NCBI GenBank assembly: GCA_964459555.1
Contig: CAYWNE010000005.1
Location: 5,644-69,643, forward strand
Origin: an uncultured Burkholderiaceae bacterium
GTDB taxonomy: Bacteria > Pseudomonadota > Gammaproteobacteria > Burkholderiales > Burkholderiaceae_D
Direction of reading: 5' to 3'
DNA length: 64,000 nt
The position numbers were made by a program, and so were the translations under genes. Position 1 is the first letter of the stretch, and each line of letters starts with the position of its first letter. A model generated the notes under the pieces. It saw only the letters and a list, made by a program, of their open reading frames with translations, was not told the origin of the DNA and made no database searches. This document shows, piece by piece, positions 1-9,674 of this stretch.

Positions 1-291
1 CGTCAAGCCCATGAAGCCAGTTAAAGCGAAGACCGACAAAATACCCCAAGCACTGTTACGCAGTTTTGCGGTCAAGAACAGTAAGGCGAAGTAGCCAACT
101 AAAGTGACAATAATGCCCATCGAGGGCAGCGCGTAGGCAACGCTGATACCTGCAGTGATCGCCGAAAACAATAAAGTCATAGACAGCAACATGTACGTGT
201 TGCGCAATACTTTATGCCCGGCGATGCTGCGGTCATCGGTGTAACTCACCGTTTGCGCGTCGCGTTGATAAGGGCGGTCTAAGTAACTCAT
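1..291 (-). CDS. BAX inhibitor-1/YccA family inner-membrane protein (C-terminal part runs off the window)
   Basis: Absent from the ORF track because it leaves the window. My translation of the reverse strand from the ATG at 291 gives MSYLDRPYQRDAQTVSYTDDRSIAGHKVLRNTYMLLSMTLLFSAITAGISVAYALPSMGIIVTLVGYFALLFL... The HKVLRNTY-LLS-TL-FSAIT signature matches E. coli YccA/YbhL-type proteins, and hydrophobic helices follow. Confidence 0.7.
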   Translation of the reverse strand, partial: MSYLDRPYQRDAQTVSYTDDRSIAGHKVLRNTYMLLSMTLLFSAITAGISVAYALPSMGIIVTLVGYFALLFLTAKLRNSAWGILSVFALTGFMGLT

Positions 292-492
292 GATGTTCTC
301 CTGAAAACAAGCAAGCCCAGCTTGGTGCAACTACGGCGAAACAAAACGAAGCTGTGCGTATTGCGCGCCGACCTTGTCGACCATGCGGCAAGATGACGGC
401 AGTATAGGTCGACCACATAAACAAGAAAAGTCGAATATAATTTACAAAAGCATCGACTTTTTCGATGTGTTCCCATCTTTGCTAGGACTCAT

Positions 493-1437
493 ATGGCTAG
501 TCTCAACTATAAACATCTGCATTATTTTTGGACCGTCGCCAAATGCGGCAGCATCGCTCGTGCCAGTGAACAATTGCACGTCACGCCGCAGACTATTAGT
601 GGTCAACTTAGCTTGTTCGAGGATATTCAAGGCGAAGCATTGTTCGAAAAGTCGGGGCGTAATTTGGAATTGACGGAAGCCGGGCGTTTGGTGTTCGCGT
701 ATGCCGATGAAATTTTCCAATTGGGGCAAGAGTTAGAGCAGGTCTTGCAGCATCATCCTACAGAGCGCACCGTGCAATTGCGTGTTGGCGTCTCCGATGC
801 GGTGGCAAAGGCGGTGGCCTACAAGTTGCTGGAGCCAGCATTACGTTTGCCGCAGACCTTGCGTATCAATTGCCGCGAAGGGAAGTTAGAGGACTTGCTG
901 GGCGAACTAGCGCGCCACAAGCTCGATATCGTGATTACCGATACACCTTTGCCGCCCTCAAGCAAAGTCCGTGGTTTTAGTCATCCGCTTGGCGAATGTG
1001 GTTTGAGCTTTTACGCTACGCAGGCCTTGCGTGATGCATATCCACAGAGCTTTCCAAAATGCTTACATGGCGCGCCAGTGTTATTGCCCGGTGAAGATTC
1101 GGCCTTGCGTTCTCGCCTCTTGCAGTGGTTTGAGCAAAAAGGAGTACGCCCGCGAATTGCAGGAGAATTTGATGACAGTGCTTTGATGAGTGCCTTTGGT
1201 CAAGCCGGAGTTGGCTTTCTCGCCAAGCCAAGCGCGATCGCCGATATGATCACGCGTCAATATGATTTGCAGCTGGTAGGCAGCACAGATGAAATCAAAG
1301 AGCAGTTTTATGCAATCACGGTGCAGCGGAAAATTACACATCCGGCGGTGCTGGCGATCAGCCATGCGGCACCGCTGGCGATTATCAATGGCAAATTGCA
1401 GGCTCGAGCGCGAGAAAAGAAAAGCCTTGCCTCATAA
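493..1437 (+). CDS. nhaR: LysR-family transcriptional activator, NhaR-like
   Basis: 314 aa. The N-terminus LNYKHLHYFWTVAKCGSIARASEQLHVTPQTISGQL and the C-terminal EFDDSALM..FG and ITHPAV blocks align along the whole length with E. coli NhaR as I remember it. It is divergent from the YccA-like gene. Confidence 0.75.
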   Translation: MASLNYKHLHYFWTVAKCGSIARASEQLHVTPQTISGQLSLFEDIQGEALFEKSGRNLELTEAGRLVFAYADEIFQLGQELEQVLQHHPTERTVQLRVGVSDAVAKAVAYKLLEPALRLPQTLRINCREGKLEDLLGELARHKLDIVITDTPLPPSSKVRGFSHPLGECGLSFYATQALRDAYPQSFPKCLHGAPVLLPGEDSALRSRLLQWFEQKGVRPRIAGEFDDSALMSAFGQAGVGFLAKPSAIADMITRQYDLQLVGSTDEIKEQFYAITVQRKITHPAVLAISHAAPLAIINGKLQARAREKKSLAS

Positions 1438-1490
1438 GTGCTGTCTGCGACTCACTTGTTGAAAGCGAGTCGCGACGGCACGATGTGTGA

Positions 1491-2969
1491 CTAGGCTTTG
1501 CCTGACCAGAGTGCTTGGGCCTTAGCAAAAACTTGTGCACCGACTTTGCGACCAAGAGTACGACCAGCTTGATCGCCGTTAGTAAAGTGGATACCACCGT
1601 ACAGGCGTGACATACCTGCTTCGTCCGCTGCCGCGGAGAAGGTTGCCCATTCCAATTTCACTTCCGCCGTGGGCGCACTTGGTTCGACCTTGAGACTAGC
1701 TTTCGCCTGCGTGTAACTTCCACCAAACGCATCGCTACCAGTAAACTGTTTCAACACTTCGGCACCTGCAGCACTGAAGGCACTATGACCGGATGTGTGT
1801 TCAGAGAATGGCGGCGTTGGGAAAGTCGTGGGTTGATATGGACGCCACGCCTCACCTTTGATATCAACGATACCTGCGCTGACGCCGCCAGCGCCATAGC
1901 CTTTGATGGTCTTGCCCGTGTTGAGGTAACGGATTGCGGTGACAGGACGGACATAATCGTAAAAGCGTTTGGATTCCCACGTGGCGATACTGGCGTCGAG
2001 CATGGCATTGCCCATGGCGAAGAAAAGTTTGACGTCTTTGTCGTCATCGTTTTTGTCGCGTGCCGAAACAAACTGCGCGAATAAACAGAAGTGGCCAGGT
2101 GGTAATTCTGAAGAAGGACCATCGGCCCAATATTCAGCGATGACTTTTTGTTTGTCAGTTAAATTCGCGGTGATGCGAATAATTTCTTCAGCTTGCGCCA
2201 CGAACTCAGAACTTCCAAACGCCGCTGGAGCTGAAGGACGGAATTGGAATGCTGTGGCCAATGCGAACGGCGTGACATTGCGCCAGTGTGGTGCAATGAA
2301 CGATGGTGTTTTAACGACGCCTGCCGCATCGGTGAAAGTCAGTGGTTGCCAGTGATCGGGGGCAGCGATTGCACTAGCCGGTGTTTCACCAGTGAAAACC
2401 GTCGCCAAATTCGATGGCTTATAGTCAGTGTAGTCAGCGAAAGCGACACCAGAGGCTGTCAAATTCCCCAATTGATTTGAGCCATCGGCATGGCGTGCCG
2501 CCAAAATAATTTTCGCGGTCGCATTGCCGATCCCTTCAGCTGTCGTGGTATCGCTGCTGTTTGAGAGGGGAAATTCTAGTTTGCTCATCAAGGCCTCGAA
2601 GCGGGCGCGCTCAGTCGGATATTGATCGACCAAAACTTGAAACGCGGCATAGCTGATCGCTTTGGCCTTATTCATGGCAGTGCGTTCTGCTGCAGGGCGG
2701 CGCAGGCTTGCACCGGTCGTGGTGGCAAGCGCGAGGTCATCATAGGCTGCCCAAGCGTCATACATGGCAGTGTGAAGGATCGCCAAAGCACGCGCCAGCA
2801 TGGGCGGGCCCGGTTTAACGACGCGAATCGCTTCGAGTAAGGCGTTATTCCAAGGAACGACCACTTTCGGCGCTGCTTTTTCAGGAATCGGAGAACTGTT
2901 TTTGACGTCGCCACAGGCCGTCAGAAAAGCGGCGGATGCCGAAGCTACAAGGAAATTGCGTCGTTTCAT
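1491..2969 (-). CDS. PAP2-superfamily vanadium-dependent haloperoxidase / acid-phosphatase-related lipoprotein
   Basis: 492 aa. Signal peptide with lipobox (FLTAC). All three PAP2 motifs are present: K-x6-RP (KRFYDYVRP), SGH (TSGHSAF) and SR-x5-H-x3-D (SRLYGGIHFTNGD). Confidence 0.75.
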   Translation of the reverse strand: MKRRNFLVASASAAFLTACGDVKNSSPIPEKAAPKVVVPWNNALLEAIRVVKPGPPMLARALAILHTAMYDAWAAYDDLALATTTGASLRRPAAERTAMNKAKAISYAAFQVLVDQYPTERARFEALMSKLEFPLSNSSDTTTAEGIGNATAKIILAARHADGSNQLGNLTASGVAFADYTDYKPSNLATVFTGETPASAIAAPDHWQPLTFTDAAGVVKTPSFIAPHWRNVTPFALATAFQFRPSAPAAFGSSEFVAQAEEIIRITANLTDKQKVIAEYWADGPSSELPPGHFCLFAQFVSARDKNDDDKDVKLFFAMGNAMLDASIATWESKRFYDYVRPVTAIRYLNTGKTIKGYGAGGVSAGIVDIKGEAWRPYQPTTFPTPPFSEHTSGHSAFSAAGAEVLKQFTGSDAFGGSYTQAKASLKVEPSAPTAEVKLEWATFSAAADEAGMSRLYGGIHFTNGDQAGRTLGRKVGAQVFAKAQALWSGKA

Positions 2970-3390
2970 GGGAACCTTAAGAAAAGAAGATTGGGGAAGA
3001 AGTTGAATGGGAAGTGAAAGTGGGCAAGGTGTGTCATCGTCAAAAGCTCATTTTCGCAGTGCGATTGACCACTCTCATTTGTGATCTGAAAGGAAAGATT
3101 ATGTCCTATCAATAAAACCTTCTCAATCAATTTGATCGATTGCAGACCACATAACAACAGTGGCGACCATTCATATCGCTGAATTTGATGTCTGACGACT
3201 TTGACCCATCACTTGGTTTTTGATTTTTTCCCGAATCAAAGATGCGAAAGCGCCGTGTGACGAGACCACTTAAGCAAGACTTCGAGCGAACCGGGTTACT
3301 TGAATTTATGTGCGAGAATGTGAAAAGCTTTGTAGCATCAAGGCACATTCCGTCCGTCAGCTTGCAATCCAATATTTTTCATACTCTCTT

Positions 3391-4014
3391 ATGCTCGACA
3401 CAAGACATTTGATTCGCTCGATGGAGCAACTGGAAGCATTGTTTGATCCTGTAGTGGATGCGGTTCGCAAGAAAGAAGTCTCGTATATCCATGAAGTTTA
3501 TCGTCCCATGATTGAGGCTTCGCCTTTTGCCGTCTTGGCTACCAGCGGAGTTCATGGGCTCGATGCGTCGCCACGCGGTGATGCTCCCGGATTTGTGAGA
3601 GTCGTTGACGAGAAAACTTTGATGCTGCCTGAGCGTCGCGGCAATAACCGCGCCGATAGTTTGCACAACATTTTGCAAGATCCACGTATCGCATTGTTGT
3701 TTATGATTCCTGGCGTTGGTGAGACTTTGCGTGTCAATGGTCGTGCTGAGATCTCTGTTGATCCGGATTTATTGCAGTCATTTGCGGTCGACGGGAAACC
3801 ACCAAAATGCGTGTTGATCATCCACGTCGAATCAGTTTTCTTTCAGTGCGCTCGTGCAATCCTACGTTCACAACTGTGGCAGCCACGCGCGTCAGGTGAA
3901 AAGGCCAGTCTGCCAAGCGCAGGCCAGATGCTAGCGGCACTGACGCATGCTCAGATCGATGGCGATAAATACGATCAAGAATTACCTGCGCGTCAGCGAG
4001 CCACTTTGTATTGA
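3391..4014 (+). CDS. pyridoxamine 5'-phosphate oxidase family (FMN-binding split-barrel) protein
   Basis: The ORF 3310..4014 is trimmed to the internal ATG at 3391 (MLDTRHL...). The block ASPRGDAPGFVRVVDEKTLMLPERRGNNRADSLHNILQDPRIALLFMIPGVGETLRVNGRAEIS is typical of the PNPOx-like family. The exact start is uncertain. Confidence 0.7.
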   Translation: MLDTRHLIRSMEQLEALFDPVVDAVRKKEVSYIHEVYRPMIEASPFAVLATSGVHGLDASPRGDAPGFVRVVDEKTLMLPERRGNNRADSLHNILQDPRIALLFMIPGVGETLRVNGRAEISVDPDLLQSFAVDGKPPKCVLIIHVESVFFQCARAILRSQLWQPRASGEKASLPSAGQMLAALTHAQIDGDKYDQELPARQRATLY

Positions 4015-4023
4015 GGATGAGAG

Positions 4024-4446
4024 ATGATTGCTATCGCACAAACCGATCAAGAAATCCGTGAATGTTTTTCGGTGATGGAGCACTTGCGCCCACATTTGGT
4101 GTTAGAGACTTTTCTTGAACAGGTCGAACGTATGCGCCACCATCATCAATACCAGCTCATCTATTTGCGCGATGAGCATGTCGTCTGTGTGGCTGGTATT
4201 CGCATTGGTGAATGGTTACATACAGGCCGATACTTGGAAATTGAAGATCTGATTACTCTGCCACAGGCGCGTTCTCAATCCTACGGCGAGCAAATTTTTC
4301 ATTGGATCCTAGACTACGCGAAACAAGAAAGGTGCCAGCAAGTACGCCTGGTCTCAGGCGTCGCGCGCGAGGCGGCGCATCGTTTCTATTTAAAACAGGG
4401 CATGCGTTTTGAGGCGAAGTATTTTTCGATGGATGTGCGTGATTGA
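4024..4446 (+). CDS. GNAT family N-acetyltransferase
   Basis: 140 aa. It has an acetyl-CoA-binding-type core (QVRLVSGVAREAAHRFYLKQGM). It lies 9 nt after the preceding gene. A decayed paralogous copy lies at 8720-9056. Confidence 0.75.
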   Translation: MIAIAQTDQEIRECFSVMEHLRPHLVLETFLEQVERMRHHHQYQLIYLRDEHVVCVAGIRIGEWLHTGRYLEIEDLITLPQARSQSYGEQIFHWILDYAKQERCQQVRLVSGVAREAAHRFYLKQGMRFEAKYFSMDVRD

Positions 4447-4518
4447 TCCTATGGCGGTTTCGTCTTAATAGGCGCGATGCTTTGCGCCCTAGTTTAGTAG
4501 CTCTTTCGTGAGGATCGC

Positions 4519-5241
4519 TCAAAGTTCGAGCCGTACTGATTCGATGATTTTTTCGAATTCGTCCCGATTAACTTCATAATCAGAGTCAAAGCACCAAAGC
4601 GTGAGGTAGATGTTTTTTTTACCTGAACGATAGTGCGTGGCAATAAACTTGAGTGGCGCGCGACTCGGAATATGCGTGCCAGAGTAAGTAAGAACAGCGG
4701 CGTCTTTGCCTCCAATCTGTCTTTCAAGAAAACCGTTGGAATGAAATTCTTCTAGTTCCTCTGCGTGGCGTCGATAGAGTGCGTCACGTGTATCAGACCA
4801 AACAATCAGAGGATTTTGTTCGAATACGCTGATCGCCATTGCTGCGTTGCGTATTCGATTTTTCATGAAGAAGAGGTACATTGGGCTAGGTGATGACGCT
4901 TCTTCCCATCCATCGCCAAGTGAAACCTGTACTAATTGCTCGTTCTTAATCAGCTGTCTTTTTGCTTGAGTTGGAACTTGCGACGATGTTGGTTCGCGTT
5001 GCGAAGATGGATCGCGAGGCAGGGCTATTTTAAAACCTTGGGAATAGTGAGTTCGCAAACATTCCTGGACGTTTTGATTATTGAGATCAATGCTTGATTG
5101 ATCGAAGTATGCTTTGTCATATTGAGAGGCCCTAGGAATGCCGAACACCCAGGAGCCACAATCATTCGTGCGTGATATTGTTTTTGGCAATGAGCATGAG
5201 CATAGTACGAATGCGATGAGGATCGAACTCAGGAGTTTCAT
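4519..5241 (-). CDS. hypothetical lipoprotein
   Basis: The ORF 4519..5277 is trimmed to the ATG at 5241, giving MKLLSSILIAFVLCSCS (signal peptide plus lipobox). I recognise no family. Confidence 0.5.
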   Translation of the reverse strand: MKLLSSILIAFVLCSCSLPKTISRTNDCGSWVFGIPRASQYDKAYFDQSSIDLNNQNVQECLRTHYSQGFKIALPRDPSSQREPTSSQVPTQAKRQLIKNEQLVQVSLGDGWEEASSPSPMYLFFMKNRIRNAAMAISVFEQNPLIVWSDTRDALYRRHAEELEEFHSNGFLERQIGGKDAAVLTYSGTHIPSRAPLKFIATHYRSGKKNIYLTLWCFDSDYEVNRDEFEKIIESVRLEL

Positions 5242-5623
5242 GTAAGATTTTTCTAAATGGTTTGCGGGATTGACCAATCATAGGCCAAACAAAGCGGACA
5301 TGAATTATAAGATGCCTAATCGTCTTGTGCCGTAGTCGCGCGCCAAAGTTTCCTCTTTTCGCTGCAAACATTCAAGGGGTATTGGGCTGTCATCGCGATC
5401 AATTATCTTTAGCAGGATTCACTATTCGCTGTTCGAAGGATTTGGCGGGGCTCATTTTGGGGGCGTTGATTGAAATCAGACGTAAAGAAACTTAGGGGCG
5501 ATCCCCTGAACTTTGTAGGCCGATAGAAAGCCAGCGGGTTCTTGTGGCGCGAGCTTTAGAAGTGGTCTACCGGTACTCGAGTCGAAGGTCCACAGAGGGT
5601 CTATGAAGTAGCTTTGGCTCCCT

Positions 5624-6514
5624 TTAGGTTTGAACTTTCTGCATATCTGAGACGGCGATGTCGATGAATGCCCTGACTTTGGGAGTTAAGTAGCGAGAAC
5701 TTGCGAATACGGCGTGTACGGGAGCGGAGGGAAGCGACCAATCGTCAAGGACTTCGATCAGACTGCCATTCTTGACGGCTTCTTTCACGACGATACGCGG
5801 CAGTTTTGCTAACCCCAGTCCCTGCAATGCAGCATCACGAACCGCGAATACATTATTCGCCGTTAGGCGTGGCTCGAAAGCTAGTTTGATCTGCTCTAGC
5901 CCTCGGCTGAACGTCCAGCTTGGCGTCATGTTGTCGCTCACGAAGGCAAGGATTTGGAACGCTTTGAGATCGTCTGGTTGACGTAATTTCTGGTGATGCT
6001 TCAGGTAGTTTGGTGCAGCAAAAACGCCATACTCGAGATTCCCCAATTTGCGCGCAACCAAGCTTGAGTCTGGTAAAGGTCCGACCCGAATCGCGAGGTC
6101 GTAACCTTCGTGCACGATGTCGATGACGCGATTGGTAAAGTCAGCTTTGATTCCAGTGTGCGGAAACTGATCGAGGTAAGTTCTGATCCATGTACTCACC
6201 GCGATCATACCGAACTCAGTCCCGCACGTAAGCTTTAGTTCCCCGCGAGGCTCGCCCTGCGCTTTTTGCATAGCACGCTCGGTCTCTTCCACCGCCGCCA
6301 ATATGCCAATCGCGCGTTCGAAAAATTCACGCCCAACCTCTGTGAGTGAAAGCGAGCGCGTGGTGCGCTCCAACAAACGCACGCCGAGTTCATTTTCGAG
6401 CTGGCTAACCACGCGCGACAAATAGGCTTTTTGCGTATTCAAAACCTCAGCAGCTTTGGTAAAGCTGGCCTTTTGCACGACCTTGACAAAGACTCGAAGC
6501 GCGGAAATTTCCAT
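5624..6514 (-). CDS. LysR family transcriptional regulator
   Basis: N-terminal wHTH (FTKAAEVLNTQKAYLSRVVSQLENELGVRLLERTTRSLSLTEVG) followed by a LysR substrate-binding domain. The track start at 6535 is TTG; the ATG at 6514 (MEISALRVF) is more likely. It is divergent from the DJ-1/PfpI gene. Confidence 0.85.
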   Translation of the reverse strand: MEISALRVFVKVVQKASFTKAAEVLNTQKAYLSRVVSQLENELGVRLLERTTRSLSLTEVGREFFERAIGILAAVEETERAMQKAQGEPRGELKLTCGTEFGMIAVSTWIRTYLDQFPHTGIKADFTNRVIDIVHEGYDLAIRVGPLPDSSLVARKLGNLEYGVFAAPNYLKHHQKLRQPDDLKAFQILAFVSDNMTPSWTFSRGLEQIKLAFEPRLTANNVFAVRDAALQGLGLAKLPRIVVKEAVKNGSLIEVLDDWSLPSAPVHAVFASSRYLTPKVRAFIDIAVSDMQKVQT

Positions 6515-6531
6515 TGTTATCTCTTTCAGCA

Positions 6532-6549
6532 ACAAATAGTGCTATTTGT
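6532..6549. promoter_or_regulatory. perfect 8-bp inverted repeat (ACAAATAG-tg-CTATTTGT), candidate LysR operator
   Basis: Read directly from the sequence. It sits 18 nt upstream of the LysR ATG, in the divergent LysR/DJ-1 intergenic region. That is the usual location of LysR autoregulatory boxes. Confidence 0.35.
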
Positions 6550-6618
6550 CTATATTTATCACACTTTGGCTAACAGATAAAGTGTCATCACTGATTAAGA
6601 CTTTGGGAGAAATTCAAG

Positions 6619-7389
6619 ATGAGCCTGGCCGATACCAACCCTGTGAACAAACAAAGTACAAAGCGTATTGCGATCGTTATTTCGAACCCAAGCGTGTCGA
6701 CTACGACCTCGTGGCCGGTTGGCTTCTGGTGGAGCGAATTGACCCACCCCTACCTCTGTTTTACTGAGCACGGCTATGAGATTGAGATCTTTAGTCCGCG
6801 GGGTGGCAAATGTGAGGCGGATGCGATGAGCGATCCGAACGACCCCAGCGGCTACAGCAAGAGTGATCTGATTAGCCAGGGTTTTATTCACACCGCTGAG
6901 CTGATGCAGAAGGTGGCGAATACATCGAGCGTGGCAGAAATGGATGTCAATGCCTTCGATGCGATCGTTGTAGCTGGCGGGCAAGCACCGATGTTTTCCT
7001 TTGAGAACGAGACCTTGTTACAGGCAAAGTTCGTCGAATTTTATGAAGCCGGGAAAGTTGCTGCCGCACTTTGTCATGGTACGGCGATTTTGGCCTATGC
7101 AAAATTGTCGAACGGTGAGTATCTAGTGCGCGGTAAGACCGTCACGGGGTTTGCCAATTGCGAAGAAGACTTTGCCGATAATGCGGTTTGGAGTTACGGT
7201 CTACTGCCGCGAAATCAACACGTCATGCCATGGCGTATTGAAGACAAACTCAAGGATCTGGGGGCGAACTTTATTCAGGCGGGTCTGTGGCGAAGTTTTG
7301 CGGTGCGAGATGGCAACCTGATTACAGGTCAGCAAAACTTCTCGGGTATGGAGACGGCTTACAAAATTATTGAAGCCTTGGGACGTTAA
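6619..7389 (+). CDS. DJ-1/PfpI (type 1 glutamine amidotransferase-like) family protein
   Basis: 256 aa. It has a nucleophile-elbow cysteine in the context AAALCHGTAIL and the IVVAGGQAP block typical of the family. Confidence 0.75.
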   Translation: MSLADTNPVNKQSTKRIAIVISNPSVSTTTSWPVGFWWSELTHPYLCFTEHGYEIEIFSPRGGKCEADAMSDPNDPSGYSKSDLISQGFIHTAELMQKVANTSSVAEMDVNAFDAIVVAGGQAPMFSFENETLLQAKFVEFYEAGKVAAALCHGTAILAYAKLSNGEYLVRGKTVTGFANCEEDFADNAVWSYGLLPRNQHVMPWRIEDKLKDLGANFIQAGLWRSFAVRDGNLITGQQNFSGMETAYKIIEALGR

Positions 7390-7455
7390 TGAACACAACT
7401 AACGCCACCTTCTCTGCTTGGGAAGCAGCGCGAAATGAGACTAAAGAGGAATGAA

Positions 7456-8082
7456 ATGTCGATTGCGATTATTGGTGCAGGAAACGTAGGTGCGGCACTC
7501 GCAGCAGCACTGTCAAGCAAAGGTCAGAAAGTCGTACTGGGCGTGAACACGCCCGGCAAATATCAAGCATTGATGCATCGTCTAGGGGCAAACGTGTCGA
7601 TGAGTACGGTCGCTGATGCGCTTGCACAAAACGACTTGATTATTCTCGCGGTGCCTTATCTCGCGCTTCAAGGCATCGCGAACCAGCTCACAGATTGGCA
7701 AGGGAAAATCGTGGTCGATGCCACCAATCCACTTGCCCCTGGCCTTACGGGACTTCTGTTGGGGACGAATACCTCGGGTGCCGAAGAGTTTTCTAAGCTG
7801 GCGCATGGCGCGCGTGTGGTGAAGGCCTTTAACACCATAGGAGCCGAGCATCTCGAAGATGCGAGTTTTACGGGCGGTATGCCTATGATGCCGATCTGCG
7901 GTGATGATGCTGAAGCGCGATTGCGCGTGAAGAGTTTGGTAAGCTTGATTGGATTCGAGGCCATTGATATGGGCTCTCTATCCGCCGCGCGTATCATCGA
8001 GCCGATGGCGATGGCTTGGATTCATTTAGCGATCAAACTTGGCGCGGGACGGAATTTCGCCTTTGGAATGCTGAGGAAATAG
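7456..8082 (+). CDS. NADP-binding oxidoreductase, NADPH-dependent F420 reductase (NpdG)-like
   Basis: Rossmann motif IAIIGAGNVGAALAAAL at the N-terminus. The overall layout resembles F420_oxidored-type proteins. I chose the start at ATG 7456, which is preceded by AAGAGGA. Confidence 0.7.
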   Translation: MSIAIIGAGNVGAALAAALSSKGQKVVLGVNTPGKYQALMHRLGANVSMSTVADALAQNDLIILAVPYLALQGIANQLTDWQGKIVVDATNPLAPGLTGLLLGTNTSGAEEFSKLAHGARVVKAFNTIGAEHLEDASFTGGMPMMPICGDDAEARLRVKSLVSLIGFEAIDMGSLSAARIIEPMAMAWIHLAIKLGAGRNFAFGMLRK

Positions 8083-8413
8083 TGCCGTAGTGCAGTGGCG
8101 GGAGATTTTGATTGCGGGGTACGGCGGTCAATAGGTGTCTCCCAACGGGACAAAATCAAACGCTATAGGCACTTGTAATAGTGAATGGGTTGTCTTTTGT
8201 GATGCGAACTCGGCTAATTTCTATGCTTGTCATCTGCTCAAGATTGATCTCTTCAAAAGGAGACTGGTCAAAACGATAATCTGTCACGATTGTTACCCAA
8301 GAAGCTTGCCGGAATCGAATATAACAAGAGGGTGATGTTGTTGTGACGCTGATGCCAGCAAGCTAATGACGACTCCGACCACTTGCAGCGTGTTACCGAG
8401 CAATTCTTCGTTT

Positions 8414-8499
8414 CTTCGAATACTTCATCGCCATTTTCTGCTAAATATTGTTAGCATGACCGACTTCCTTCATGACCCACAACATGTAGCGGATATCCA
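8414..8499 (-). pseudogene. about 86-bp remnant of the 3' end of an S46 peptidase gene
   Basis: Nucleotide alignment by eye to 10760-10845 and 21050-21135. The shared block is ...catgac(c/t)cacaacatgtagcgga(t/c)atcca, the antisense of ...MDIRYMLWVMKEV. There is no intact ORF. Confidence 0.7.
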
Positions 8500-8719
8500 A
8501 GCGAATCGATTGACCAGTTCAATGCCATCACGCGCAGAGAAATCAATAGAAACCATGGAAATCAACGAACAGCTTAGGAAGCCATTTGAATTTCATTGTT
8601 TCCTAAATTGAAAGAGATGGCCTAGCAAATGTGAGTCCATTTGTTCTGTTGCTTCTTGAGATGGATGTCTATTCAGTTCTCCATTCAGTTCGATCCTTGC
8701 ACTCACAATTAGAATTGCA

Positions 8720-9056
8720 GACCTTTCTTGAACAGGTCGAACGTATGCGCCACCAACATCAATACTAGCTCATCTATTTGCGCGATGAGCATGTCGTCTG
8801 TGTGGCTGGTGTTCGCATAGTTGAGTGCTTACATACCGGCCAATACTTAGAGATCGAAGATCTGATTACTTTGCCAGAGGCGCGTTCTCAATCCTACGGC
8901 GAGCAAATTTTTCATTGGATCGTCGACTACGCGAAACAACAAAGATGCCAGCAAGTGCGTCTCGTTTCTGGCGTCGCGCGCGAAGCGGCCCATCGTTTCT
9001 ATTTGAAACACGGCATGCGTTTTGAGGCGAAGTATTTTTTTTCGATTGATGTTTGA
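8720..9056 (+). pseudogene. 5'-truncated GNAT acetyltransferase paralog with an in-frame stop
   Basis: Collinear with 4108-4446. Homology starts mid-gene. The codon CAG of ...caataccagctcatc... (copy 1) is TAG here (...caatactagctcatc...), and there is an indel near the 3' end. Confidence 0.75.
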
Positions 9057-9152
9057 TTGATCGATTCTGTAATCGAACGTCGTCGGGTAGCCTCGATGTT
9101 TCCTTCATTTCGACTCATGAAAAATGCCGCAGAGACGGGCGCACTCAGCCCT

Positions 9153-9671
9153 CTATTTTTCTGCAGGCACAGGATCAACTCGGTGTTTCTTATACCGACC
9201 TTTTTCATCAAACAATACGGCGAATTCTACTAAACGCAAGGGCATTAATTTCGCTTTGTGTTGGACCAGGTAGGCATCGACTTTTGCTTGAGCATATTGT
9301 TCTGGTAGCGCGGTTTGGTAGCGCAAGAGCGTATATGAATTGGAGAAGCGCACTCGAGTGGTTTCGCCCAAGGTTTGTAGCACTTGATCGAATGTCCTAG
9401 GTTCTTGCTGCAGAAAGAGGATTGTTTTTTCGTAGTCGATGATGGGGACGCCCTTCACATTGATTGGTACTAGATAACAGTCTTTGAGTTTGGCCAGATG
9501 TTCGGGGATGGTAATGTCTTTTGGTTGCTTGAGTCTTCGAGCAAAGGCTTTGGGATCTTCTCGCCATTCTTCTTCGGTGGGGAAGCTGCATGCCGTGAGG
9601 TTAAATAGAATGCCGATAAGCAGCAGGGCACGGGGTATCAGTTTGCTTTGATGAGCTCGGTCGTATCGCAT
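9153..9671 (-). CDS. hypothetical lipoprotein
   Basis: 172 aa. Signal peptide plus lipobox (LFNLTACS). It lies 3 nt downstream of the preceding ORF, so a two-gene operon is likely. No family recognised. Confidence 0.5.
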   Translation of the reverse strand: MRYDRAHQSKLIPRALLLIGILFNLTACSFPTEEEWREDPKAFARRLKQPKDITIPEHLAKLKDCYLVPINVKGVPIIDYEKTILFLQQEPRTFDQVLQTLGETTRVRFSNSYTLLRYQTALPEQYAQAKVDAYLVQHKAKLMPLRLVEFAVLFDEKGRYKKHRVDPVPAEK

Positions 9672-9674
9672 TGT

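Noticed and set aside
233-729. Several 60-100-aa ORFs on both strands around the YccA-like/NhaR-like divergent region (233..424, 288..476, 374..673, 442..729)
   Set aside because: They overlap the real YccA-like start (291) or the NhaR-like CDS out of frame or antisense. They lack family features and are most simply shadow ORFs.
8135-8611. ORFs 8135..8335 and 8366..8611 on the plus strand
   Set aside because: 8366..8611 is the antisense reading of the decayed S46 3' remnant. The same FLRI..RH.F.NI..M.DFLHDPQHVADI peptide appears antisense to the other two S46 copies (10690..11181 and 20937..21206). This is a repeat artefact, not a gene family.
8778-9056. The 92-aa ORF could be annotated as a short functional GNAT
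   Set aside because: Homology to the intact paralog extends upstream of its ATG through an in-frame TAG to about 8720 and then stops mid-domain. The acetyl-CoA fold would be incomplete, so I call it a pseudogene.
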